The position numbers were made by a program, and so were the translations under genes. A DNA stretch of 61,933 bases, the filler included. It is 6 parts of 6 records of this genome, joined end to end, with 100 filler letters (N's around TTAATTAATTAA, not from the genome) between each part and the next. Parts side by side here need not be neighbours in the genome. Positions count along the whole stretch, not along the records: positions 53,284 to 61,933 come from SRR2962707_2578; 5 more parts are not named here. One strand, given 5' to 3'. Numbering within the stretch: position 1 is the first letter of the stretch; each line of letters begins with the position of its first letter. Shown here piece by piece: positions 53,284 through 61,933 of this stretch. Below the pieces are notes generated by a model. It was not told the DNA's origin, made no database searches, and worked only from the letters and a program-made list of their open reading frames with translations.

Positions 53284-54583
53284 CGATATGGACCTGCTCT
53301 ATTGGAGCCGGCACTTTCGCAACATGCCAGGCCAGGGCGATCTGGATGTGACGCGGTTCGTGCGGGCTGTGGCAGCAACAGGGTATGGGGGAACCTGGTC
53401 GCTTGAGATTTTCAACGATCAATTCAGGGGCGGATCACCAAGCACGATTGCAGCCGACGGACACCGGTCGCTGATCGCCGTTCTTGATGCTGCCAAGCGC
53501 GCAGAACCTCAGATTGCGATCGAAACGCGCCCGATGCCAGCTCCTATTGCTGTAAAGGGCGTGGAATTCATCGAGTTTGCTGCCAACGAGACTGAGGCTC
53601 GAGATTTGTCGACGCTTTTAGGCTCTTTGGGGTTCTCTCATGCAGGGCGTCATATTGCCAAGCAGGTGGACCTGTATCGTGCCGGGGACGTAAACATCGT
53701 CGTCAACACCGAGCGCGAGGGATTTGCCCATTCGGCCTACCTCATGCATGGAACATGCGTGTGCGATATCGGACTCAGAGTGGAAGATGCCCAAGCTACC
53801 GTAGAGCGCGCCACTGCACTGGGCACGCGGGCCTTTGAACAGCCGGTTAGTCCCGGGGAACTCAAAATTCCCGCCATTCGCGGCGTCGGTGGCGGGCTGA
53901 TGCATTTCATCGACGATAAGACCGAGCTTGCGCAGGTGTGGTCCACCGAGTTCGAACTCACATCCCAAAGCGCGCAAACCGATGTTGGCATCAGCCACAT
54001 CGACCATGTCGGTCAGACGATGAATTACGAGGAATTGCTGACCTGGCTGCTGTTCTACACAACGCTCTTTGATACGCACAAAACCCCGATGACGGATGTT
54101 GTAGATCCAAGCGGACTGGTGCGCTCGCAGGTGATCGAGAATTCAAAAGGGACCGTTCGGATCACACTCAACGGCGCTGACAAATCTTCGACGCTGGCGG
54201 GCCGCTTTGTTGCCGAAAGCTTTGGCTCTTCGGTCCAGCATCTGGCGTTCGCATCTATTGATATTTTCAAGACCGCTGCTGCACTGTCGCAAGCAGGCTT
54301 TGCGTTTCTTGAGATTTCCCCCAACTACTTTGCCGACCTACAGGCCAGGTTCGGGATTGAAGACGTTTTCGTCGACCAGCTGAAACAGCATAACATACTC
54401 TATGATCGCGACGGCACCGGTGGGGAGTATTTCCAGCTCTATTCCAGCCTTTACGGTGACGGGTTCTTTTTCGAGATCGTCGAACGGCGTGGTGGCTACA
54501 ACGGCTACGGCGCTCCCAACGCTCAATTCCGTATCGCCGCGCAAAAGCGCTCGATGCGCCACGCGGGTATGCCCCGAGCCTGA
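53284..54583 (+). CDS. Fused sugar-phosphate isomerase/HPPD-like protein (QuiC1-type 3-dehydroshikimate dehydratase), 5'-truncated
   Basis: WSRHFRNMPGQG, SLEIFNDQFR, GVEFIEFA, FFFEIVERRGGYNGYGAPNA. Confidence 0.88.
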
Positions 54584-54942
54584 CGCCGTGGAGATTTTAC
54601 TAAAGCTGTCTACCCAGAAAACCTGCCGTGGTAAGCGGGTGCCTCAGCAAGATTGATTACCAGTCTGGCCGAGTTACGCATCGGTAACGAAGGGCAGCTT
54701 TTCGCTGCTTCCCAAAAAAACCCGACAGTCCGGTTTCGGCCCCGATGTCGCCGTTGTGCTGATGGCGGAATCCCCGCGCGCACCCTTTCCCACGCAGTGG
54801 GTTCGGTTTCTAGCCCTACCATTGCTTCAGATGTATTTGTTGTCCGAAGCCTCAATCCCACTTTCGATGTAAATTGTCTGCAATTACGCAACGATCGAGA
54901 GCGAGATTGAGGATACCTATGACAGAGGCCGAAATGGGTTAG

Positions 54943-55079
54943 TTCAGGCGCATGCCTGAATGCCGCCAACGCATTGGCGGGTAAACCGAGCGTGGACTTT
55001 CCCGCGCCGTTTGAGCCTATGTCCGCCCCTACAGTGGGCGGGTTTACGGGACCCGGCGGCAAAGCCGCCGGGTCCCGTA
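54943..55079. other. Cluster of four hairpins
   Basis: 54943-54960, 54963-54980, 55023-55041, and a perfect 16-bp stem with a 3-nt loop at 55045-55079. Confidence 0.8.
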
Positions 55080-55177
55080 CTTGCTTCCCTGCATCGCGGT
55101 GTGTCGCCGATCGCGCATGTCACGCCTACGGGTTCTTGGACCTGATCCGAATTTCGCCGTGACCTGCGCGAACACCT

Positions 55178-57064
55178 TTACGCACCGAGAAGTTTGCGAT
55201 CCGTGCTCACGCGCCCCGGTCCCAAGATGTCCGCTATGTCCTTTTCAGTCAGCACGCTCGCCTCAGTGAGCCGGTCAACGAGCCGGAGTGCGGCGCTGCG
55301 GTCCTTCTCGATAATGTCGATGGCCCGATCGAGCAGCGCGTGCAACTCTCTGGCCACTGCCTTTTGGGTTGCTGGCTCGGGCTGGGATGTGACCGCAGGC
55401 AGATAGACCAGGCTCTTCCCCATACCCTGCTCATGATGCGCTGCCAGCATCATTCTTGTGGCAGCCTCTAGGTCCGATGCGGCACCGGTGTTTGGACCTT
55501 TCCCGAGGACGATGTCCGCGGCACGGCCCCCGAGGAGCATAGTGACCAGATCATGGACGGTATCGAGCGTATGGACGATGGTACGGTGTCGGATCTGGGC
55601 ATGGCCACCTTGCCTGCCTTCAGGAATAACGGAAACCGACTCTACAGCCTGGCCCAATCGGTATCCGACAAGGGCATGGCCGACCTCATGGATTGCAATG
55701 GCGCGGATGTCATCGGCGTTCCGGTCGTCGCGGGGCACGATCTGGGCGCGGATATCTCGAATGGTTAGGGAGCGGCCGGCCGCGCGGGCTTCTGCGCGTG
55801 CCTGCTTGACCCACCCCTCCACGACGGCGGGTGTGGCTCCGAGACCAAGCCGAGAGAGTTGCGCAAGCCCAACGTCATCAAGGGCGTCATCCTTCAGAAA
55901 AAATTTCAGCAGGGCGAGGGCTTCCTCGGCGGAGCTGGGTGGGACAACCGAGATCTTTTGCTGGAGGCGTCCCGGACGAACGAGTGCGGCGTCCAGCATG
56001 CTGGGGTGATTGGTCGCGCCGATCAGGAAGATGTTTTTTTCGGACGCCCTGAGGCTGTCGATTTCGAGGAGGACCTGGGTGATGATCGGGGTCCACCAGT
56101 CGCGTCCTCGGCTTTCCATTGTCGCTCTGTTGGGGAGGGCGTCGATCTCATCGATCAGTCCGATCACTGGCGCCTTGGACGCGAGCTCGCTGAAAAACTC
56201 CCGCATGTTTTTTGTAACACCCCCTAGAGCCCCGTCGCCGCTTGCAAACCAGGACCCCACGGACGTCGTGACAAAGCTATAATCGGCAGCATGAGCGATA
56301 CTTTGTGCCAGCAGCGTCTTTCCCGTGCCCGGTGGACCTTGAAGCAGACCGAACGGCACCGCTTGGTGCGGTAGGCTGCCGGACCTGACAGCAACGAGAT
56401 CCTTTACGGTCTGATCGGCCCACGCCTGAACCGACGGTGTCAGCGGCAGCGTCGACAGCGATGGTATGCGAGGGCCGGCCGACGTCTTTCCTCGGGCCAG
56501 GGCGCGCCGCAAATTTGCGATGCAGGATTGAAGAGAGAGGCCGGGGCGGATTGCACTCTCAATGACCGGCAAGGGGATGCGCACCATCTCGTCGGTGATG
56601 CCACGCACGCTTCCCGTTTTGAGCTGTCTCAATACCGTTCTGAGCAGAGCGACGGTCAGCTGGGGGATTTCGATTGTGAGGTCGGCGGCCGCCAATGCCT
56701 TTTCATCCACCATCCCCTCGGGGTCATGAGAAACGAGGATTACTCGCCTACCGCGTTTCAGGTGATCGAGCGCTTCGCTTCCCTGTTCGGGGCCGCCGGC
56801 CCTGATCCTGCTGGTTCGCGAGGACGGGACCGTCAAGATGACGGCTTTTTGAGAAAGCTTCAGGAGCCCGTCGACGAGAAGTTCCGTCCAATCGTGATCG
56901 AGCGATTTCACGATAATCAGAGCGCTACCGCGTGCCAGAAGGGAGTGGGCCCTGGGCGACAAAGCCCGGGTCAGGGTCTCTTGGGCCAGGATATCCGTAA
57001 AGCGTGGATTGTCAGGGGCAGGTGGGGCGTCATCATCTGGGTCAATATCATTGGCATCAAGCAT
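55178..57064 (-). CDS. Soluble FtsH-like AAA+ ATPase with an M41-type zinc peptidase domain
   Basis: GPPGTGKT, LIDEID, GATNHP, LDAALVRPGRL, HEVGH, LLGGRAA, GAASDL; no TM segment; GGAG RBS before ATG 57064. Confidence 0.9.
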   Translation of the reverse strand: MLDANDIDPDDDAPPAPDNPRFTDILAQETLTRALSPRAHSLLARGSALIIVKSLDHDWTELLVDGLLKLSQKAVILTVPSSRTSRIRAGGPEQGSEALDHLKRGRRVILVSHDPEGMVDEKALAAADLTIEIPQLTVALLRTVLRQLKTGSVRGITDEMVRIPLPVIESAIRPGLSLQSCIANLRRALARGKTSAGPRIPSLSTLPLTPSVQAWADQTVKDLVAVRSGSLPHQAVPFGLLQGPPGTGKTLLAQSIAHAADYSFVTTSVGSWFASGDGALGGVTKNMREFFSELASKAPVIGLIDEIDALPNRATMESRGRDWWTPIITQVLLEIDSLRASEKNIFLIGATNHPSMLDAALVRPGRLQQKISVVPPSSAEEALALLKFFLKDDALDDVGLAQLSRLGLGATPAVVEGWVKQARAEARAAGRSLTIRDIRAQIVPRDDRNADDIRAIAIHEVGHALVGYRLGQAVESVSVIPEGRQGGHAQIRHRTIVHTLDTVHDLVTMLLGGRAADIVLGKGPNTGAASDLEAATRMMLAAHHEQGMGKSLVYLPAVTSQPEPATQKAVARELHALLDRAIDIIEKDRSAALRLVDRLTEASVLTEKDIADILGPGRVSTDRKLLGA

Positions 57065-57143
57065 GGCAAAATGTCTCCGGCGCCGGAACGTCTCATGGGA
57101 CGTTCCGGGCAAAGTCAGAAAGGGAGAAGGTGGAGAGTTGAGC

Positions 57144-58391
57144 CTAGGCTGCGATCAGCGCCGCAGTTCCGGGATCGTACCCTCCGTCAGGGTCGATGGG
57201 GCGCCACGCATCGAGAGAGGTGCCCTTTGCGCCTGTGCAAAACTGCGTCAATGCGCTGCCGCTTGCGAAGACCAGATCCCGTTTGGTCACATAGCTGCGG
57301 CCGTCGGCGGACAGCTCCAGGATGCCGGAGTGAAGCCAACTCGCCCGCAGGAAGCTGGTGCTCGCATTGGCGCTTGCCACGGTCTCGATTCTGACGTCCG
57401 AGCCGGACAGAAGCAGCCATTGCTCCGGGCTCTTGCGCGCCGACAGGGCGGCGAGCCCGCCGGCGAACGAAAGCTCCAGGATTTCTCCTTCCGGAATTTG
57501 ATGCAGGGGCCGGATGGGCCGGACTCTTCCCGGCTCGGATCTGACGCCTGCAAGTGCCGCGCGCGCTGAACCGTTGTCAAACATGGTGCCGTGGTGGCGG
57601 AGCTCGAGACAGGCCGTCCCGACAAACGCCTCGAGCTGACTGTATCGCTCGAGATCGATTGCCGCTCCGTCAGGCAAGCCGTTAACGAGCCGATACTGCC
57701 GGGCTCCGGCGACACGCGACCACAGAATCCGCTCAGCGACGCGCGCGTCGCGGTCAGACAGTGCACCATTTCCGTCGGTGATGACCACGATGGTCTCGAC
57801 AGCCTCGATAGGCTGCCTGCCCGACGCCACGCGGGCACCGACATCAGACCCTACGCCGACGTACGCCTCGGACCCAGAAAGGAGCGCATAGACCCCCGGT
57901 CGCCTGAGTTCATCGAGCTGACCCAGTGAGCGGCGGGCAGCTCCTGTCGCCACCACTACTGTCGGTGAGTACTGCGGTCTGATCCGTTCAACCCCTTCGG
58001 GTAGGGCGCTGGTCATACCGCGTCCGCCGCAAGGCCGATCCGGTTCGGGCGCGAGGCGGTTCTGACCTTCGGCCGGATCAGGGTGGGGCAAAGCCCGGCG
58101 CACGATTGTTGCCGCATCGAGCACGTGGCGGATTTCAAGGTCGACAATGCCCGCCTCGGCCAGGACCAGAACGGCGCCGACAGGGTCGGGGTGTGGTGCA
58201 AGCGCGGCGCAGATATCTCCGATCTCTGCGCTGCCAGTGGCATCGATCAAAGCAAGGATCGTGACCTGGACGGATGCCGACACGAGGTCGTGACGCACCA
58301 TCCCGCCGACCAGATACGGCGGTTCTGAGTAAAAAGATCGCGGATGGGTATTGCCGGGCGCGTTTGCGCCGGTAGAAGAAAAGGTAGCCAT
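57144..58391 (-). CDS. GIY-YIG-like nuclease with a C-terminal DUF4357-like domain and a possible N-terminal wHTH
   Basis: PGVYALL...AYVG...ARV...AE...LVNG; C-terminal LLSGS...RDLVFASGSALTQFCTG...DAWR. Confidence 0.65.
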   Translation of the reverse strand: MATFSSTGANAPGNTHPRSFYSEPPYLVGGMVRHDLVSASVQVTILALIDATGSAEIGDICAALAPHPDPVGAVLVLAEAGIVDLEIRHVLDAATIVRRALPHPDPAEGQNRLAPEPDRPCGGRGMTSALPEGVERIRPQYSPTVVVATGAARRSLGQLDELRRPGVYALLSGSEAYVGVGSDVGARVASGRQPIEAVETIVVITDGNGALSDRDARVAERILWSRVAGARQYRLVNGLPDGAAIDLERYSQLEAFVGTACLELRHHGTMFDNGSARAALAGVRSEPGRVRPIRPLHQIPEGEILELSFAGGLAALSARKSPEQWLLLSGSDVRIETVASANASTSFLRASWLHSGILELSADGRSYVTKRDLVFASGSALTQFCTGAKGTSLDAWRPIDPDGGYDPGTAALIAA

Positions 58392-58637
58392 GTTTCACCT
58401 GTGTCAGCAGGGTTGCATGGTCAGGTCGACGGTTGGTTTGCAGACCTCCGTCGGCCGCCCTTGCAGAGGCGGCCCCGACCATATCGGAACGGGAATCGTT
58501 GCCGACAGGGATAAAATGAGGATCCAAATTCAGTACGCAAGGGATCCTTCGATCGCATGGTTAACGCGTGATGAGTTCCCCTTCGAGTGCATTGGACACC
58601 ACGGAATTCGCTGCTGCATCGTCTGCTATTAATGCCC

Positions 58638-58714
58638 ATAAACCGTGGAGTAACGAAAGCTGCCAAAAAAACCATGGAGTAATGACTCGCAATCGTGTAT
58701 AAACCGTGGAGTAA
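58638..58714 (+). repeat. Three 16-bp direct repeats AWAAACCRTGGAGTAA
   Basis: Copies at 58638-58653, 58667-58682 and 58699-58714. Confidence 0.9.
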
Positions 58715-58730
58715 TACAAGAGACAGGGCT

Positions 58731-59888
58731 TTGGCATCACAAGACACGATCGCTGCCTATCGCGCTGAGGCAGCCAGGAAGATCACGCGGGCAGTTGCAA
58801 AGTACCCTAACCTTGGGGTGCTCGAGGCCCTGTTCCGCTACGTTAAGGACTACCCAAATAAGTTGGCGGCAAACACCACTCGCCTTTGGCGACAGCAGCT
58901 GCGGTTTGCAGTTGCAGAAGTTGCAAAGGCCGATTCTCGCGCTTTCTCGGAGAGCCAGATTAAGGGATTCATTCTGGCGATGGACAAAGCCGTTGATGGT
59001 TTGAAAGGGCGCCCCGATCCAGAGCGCACGTCGTCAAAGAAAGAAAAGGCCCCCAGCAAATCACAAGTCATTGCAGTCGCCTCGCATCTGAAGTCGCGAG
59101 CGCTGGACTGGCACCGCACGAGGATGGCGGCGACCGCGCTCTATTGCCTCCTGATGCCGAAAATCGGTGGGCGTCCCATCGAGCTGGTGGGTGCCACTGT
59201 CGATCAGGGTGTTCTTGTCCTGAAGAATGCCAAAAGGGCGCCTGGGCAAGAGGTGTACCGCCCGATAGCTTTGGTAGACTGGGAACTTGAGTATCGGGTC
59301 GCGCTCGCGGCCTTGATCGATTTTGTCGACCAGGAGGTCGACACCCGAGGGTACGCTGCCTGGCTGAGCGCGCTGGCCGAAATCCTGGCGCGGGCGTGCA
59401 AGGCAGTTGATGTGAAAAGGCTGGCGCCGTCGTCCTTCCGGCATACCGCGCTATCCACCTGGTCTGAGGCGGGATACTCAATCGAAGAGATCGCGAAACT
59501 GGCTGGCCATTTTTCTCATCGAAGCGCGTCGCATTATATCAGAACGGCCAGCGCCTGGGGACCTGAAGACGCCGTCGTTCGATCAGGGCCGGCAATCGTG
59601 CCGAGGGCGGAAGCTGAAGCTAAACCGCTCGTGCCAGATACCTCAGACAGTGCGGACGACGTCGATTTCGAGCTCATGCCTCAGCCAGAGGCCAAGCCTT
59701 CGGTGTCTGACAGGTCGGGTGCGCTGTGGGACGAATACCGACAGCGCGTGGAGCAAGAACAGAAATCCCTCAGCGAGGCAGTGGATCGTCTCAAGAACGA
59801 GAGACGGTCGGCTTCAGTAGGTGCGCAGCCTCGGGGCAGGGCAGAGCCTGCCCCGGAGTCAAAAATTTCTGCAAAAAGGAGGCCCTAG
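58731..59888 (+). CDS. Tyrosine recombinase (divergent type)
   Basis: GGRPIEL (R), KNAK (K), SSFRH, LAGH, SHY; TTG 58731 preferred over GTG 58695, which lies inside the repeat array. Confidence 0.8.
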   Translation: MASQDTIAAYRAEAARKITRAVAKYPNLGVLEALFRYVKDYPNKLAANTTRLWRQQLRFAVAEVAKADSRAFSESQIKGFILAMDKAVDGLKGRPDPERTSSKKEKAPSKSQVIAVASHLKSRALDWHRTRMAATALYCLLMPKIGGRPIELVGATVDQGVLVLKNAKRAPGQEVYRPIALVDWELEYRVALAALIDFVDQEVDTRGYAAWLSALAEILARACKAVDVKRLAPSSFRHTALSTWSEAGYSIEEIAKLAGHFSHRSASHYIRTASAWGPEDAVVRSGPAIVPRAEAEAKPLVPDTSDSADDVDFELMPQPEAKPSVSDRSGALWDEYRQRVEQEQKSLSEAVDRLKNERRSASVGAQPRGRAEPAPESKISAKRRP

Positions 59889-59925
59889 GCTGGTGCTCCG
59901 TTTTGCAGATCAAAGTAAGCCATGC

Positions 59926-61830
59926 CTACGGTTTTTCTCGGGCCTGCCCTTTTTGGCTCGCCAGCCACGCGGCATTGAGCGCGTCCACGTCAACCGGGAC
60001 CGCAAGGCGATTGATGGCATCGCGCAGAACCGTCAAATAGAGCAGGTCGGTGTATCTGCGCCTTTCGCTTTTTCGCTCTTCGGACGCGTGACCGGAAAGA
60101 CCATCGATGATGCCGCCTTTAATTTCGGAGTTTTCCAGGTATGTAATGCCGTGATGGCGGAAAGGGTGAAGCGCACCATCTGCCTCGCTTGCGTCGACGC
60201 GAATCAACTTGATGTCGAGACTGTCGACCATACGGCCGACGCGCTTCCCGACCGCGTCGGAATATGAGCCTCGGGCGGTCGGTGCCAACTCCGGAAACAA
60301 CAGTTCATCGGCATCACGGCCGAGTACAACGTCGTCCAGAAAGCCCATGCGGATGATGGCATCATGGAGCGGCACCCGACGCCGCGACGAGGGCCTCTTC
60401 ACCTTTACGTCGCGCTTCATCAGGTCGAAAAGCCAGATCCCATCCTCCTGGCGGACATGTCGAACGCGTAGCTGGCAGATTTCCTCACGCCGCATCAGCT
60501 GGTAGCACGACAATAGAGGCAACCAGTACAGTGCGTCGCGAATGATGACCGCCCCGGGCTCGTTGTAAAAATAGGTGCTCTTGCGACCAGTGTAGACGGG
60601 ATGGCTGAAAAACAGTTCAATCTGAGCGGCGGTATAGCCTGGACGTTCCTCATTGACATCAAGGCCAGACACTTCAATCCCGGATTCTAGATAAAGGCCT
60701 TCGGCGAAGTTCGGCGTCGTTCGTTCCAGGACGCCAATTTTCTTGGCATACTCGAAGACGCTGTTCATGTTACTAACATGTTTGTTTATCGTCTTCGGAG
60801 ACACCCGTCTATAGTCAGGGCCGGTGGCTTTTGCTTCGACGATTACCTGAAGAATGTGTTTGACCTGTTCAGCCTCGGATCTCCAGTAGATTTTCGGAAT
60901 GTCAATCAGAACGCTACGGAATTCTGCCATATGCTGGACGTTGTAGGACCGGATGTCGGCATCACCACAGATCTGCAGCCACAGTCGCAACGATGGGCCG
61001 ATATTGCCGACTGCTTCGGGGCCGACTTGCCGGGCCTTAATCCGCTCGCCTACAATATAGGGCGCCTGCGTGCTGAAGGTCGGTCCCGCTTCGCGATCAA
61101 ATTTCGTTCCTGTGAGGGGCGTCGTAGCAATTGTTGAAGCGGACGGTGTGGTGGTCGCTGTAGCCGTTATCCGATCGACAGTTGCGGCAGTTGCCTCTCT
61201 CTGATCCGCATACGGGTGGACCGGCTCAAGATCGCTTTGGGTACCCTGCAGTCGCGCTGCGCGCTTCTCCCAATCGCTTGCGGGGAGTTTGAAAAATCCC
61301 CGATCATGGCCACCCATGCGCGCGAGTTCCGCGGCCGTTCGCAGATAATGTGCTGCCATGCCAGTGCTCAGGGCATTTCGGGCAATCCGTATCGCCATCG
61401 GATCGGAAGGAGGCGCAATACCGGAGAGCTCGAACGTCTCGGCGACAAATGTGTCGTCCATCAGGGCGAACCCATCGCTCTGCCGATGCAGCACCCCGTC
61501 GGCGAGCGAGGCCATGGTTCTGGCCTGGTCACGCGTGGAAACCTGAGGAATAGGAACAGCCCGGATGCTTTCGCGCCATCCCGCCTGAGCGGTCTTTAAA
61601 AGTGTGGACAGGTCCTGTGACGACAGCATCTTATTCCTACGCGCAGACATAAAAAACGCATCGACGTCCACCGCAAGACGCCGCGCCAGCAGCATCGCCG
61701 AATCTCTGTCGATAACGCCAAGTCTGAAGCAGATTTCCCTTGACGCAAGCTGACTCTGCAAATCAGCGGGAATTTTGCGGCGGAAATAGGAGGTGCGCCC
61801 CTTGAGGCGCAGGAAGCTCTCGGAAGCCAT
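59926..61830 (-). CDS. Site-specific integrase with a DUF6538-like N-terminus
   Basis: N-terminal YFRRKIPADL; MRREEI, VKRPSSRRRVPLH, HPFRH, LSGH, RRY. Confidence 0.9.
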   Translation of the reverse strand: MASESFLRLKGRTSYFRRKIPADLQSQLASREICFRLGVIDRDSAMLLARRLAVDVDAFFMSARRNKMLSSQDLSTLLKTAQAGWRESIRAVPIPQVSTRDQARTMASLADGVLHRQSDGFALMDDTFVAETFELSGIAPPSDPMAIRIARNALSTGMAAHYLRTAAELARMGGHDRGFFKLPASDWEKRAARLQGTQSDLEPVHPYADQREATAATVDRITATATTTPSASTIATTPLTGTKFDREAGPTFSTQAPYIVGERIKARQVGPEAVGNIGPSLRLWLQICGDADIRSYNVQHMAEFRSVLIDIPKIYWRSEAEQVKHILQVIVEAKATGPDYRRVSPKTINKHVSNMNSVFEYAKKIGVLERTTPNFAEGLYLESGIEVSGLDVNEERPGYTAAQIELFFSHPVYTGRKSTYFYNEPGAVIIRDALYWLPLLSCYQLMRREEICQLRVRHVRQEDGIWLFDLMKRDVKVKRPSSRRRVPLHDAIIRMGFLDDVVLGRDADELLFPELAPTARGSYSDAVGKRVGRMVDSLDIKLIRVDASEADGALHPFRHHGITYLENSEIKGGIIDGLSGHASEERKSERRRYTDLLYLTVLRDAINRLAVPVDVDALNAAWLASQKGQAREKP

Positions 61831-61933
61831 GACTGTTCTCCGTCATGTCCGGATGCGCTGCGAAACAGGTGCGGAAATCGGGCTCGAGATTCTGACCCGA
61901 TTCGTACTGACGCAGACGAGCCCGGTGAGATCG

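Larger units (their letters stand above)
54900..61933. mobile_element. Probable integrative element/genomic island; boundaries not determined
   Basis: Two tyrosine recombinases plus accessory nuclease and protease genes next to a housekeeping catabolic gene; no att site identified. Confidence 0.65.

Noticed and set aside
52690..54583. pcaQ followed by a QuiC1-like dehydroshikimate dehydratase, apparently one protocatechuate cluster
   Set aside because: A linker at 53184-53283 separates them and both genes are truncated there; there is no evidence they come from the same genome
54610..55062. 150-aa minus-strand ORF near the element end
   Set aside because: No recognisable motif or RBS, and it overlaps the hairpin cluster
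58638..58714. Mini-CRISPR
   Set aside because: Repeats (16 bp) and spacers (13 and 16 nt) are too short and non-palindromic, and no cas genes are present

Overview
This window is not one locus. It is six unrelated contigs joined by five artificial 100-nt spacers (N44-TTAATTAATTAA-N44) at 7841-7940, 15421-15520, 21542-21641, 28085-28184 and 53184-53283. Taxonomic labels below are inferred from protein similarity recalled from memory. (A) 1-7840: intron-containing eukaryotic (protist-like) DNA with a PDI/thioredoxin gene converging on TRAPPC8/Trs85. (B) 7941-15420: Marinobacter-like gammaproteobacterium with bkdA1 (LiuR-type box upstream), mqo, an ICMT-family gene, a MocR regulator, ccoG, an array of five 29-bp-phased palindromes in front of a small HTH gene, and a Nudix hydrolase. 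(C) 15521-21541: eukaryotic spliced gene with a probable kinase C-terminus and an SH3 domain. (D) 21642-28084: Rhodobacteraceae-like trxC and an amide/urea ABC transporter-formamidase operon. (E) 28185-53183: Rhodobacteraceae-like DNA with an 11-gene glycosyltransferase/sulfatase locus, a VirH2/CYP104-like P450 and pcaQ/pcaCHG-BKACE. (F) 53284-61933: alphaproteobacterial QuiC1-like gene followed by a probable integrative element with two convergent tyrosine recombinases, three direct repeats, a GIY-YIG/DUF4357-like gene coupled to a soluble FtsH-like AAA protease, and a hairpin cluster. The best candidates for an undescribed system are the element in F and the palindrome array/HTH module in B. 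All family assignments come from motif recognition by eye; no searches were run.
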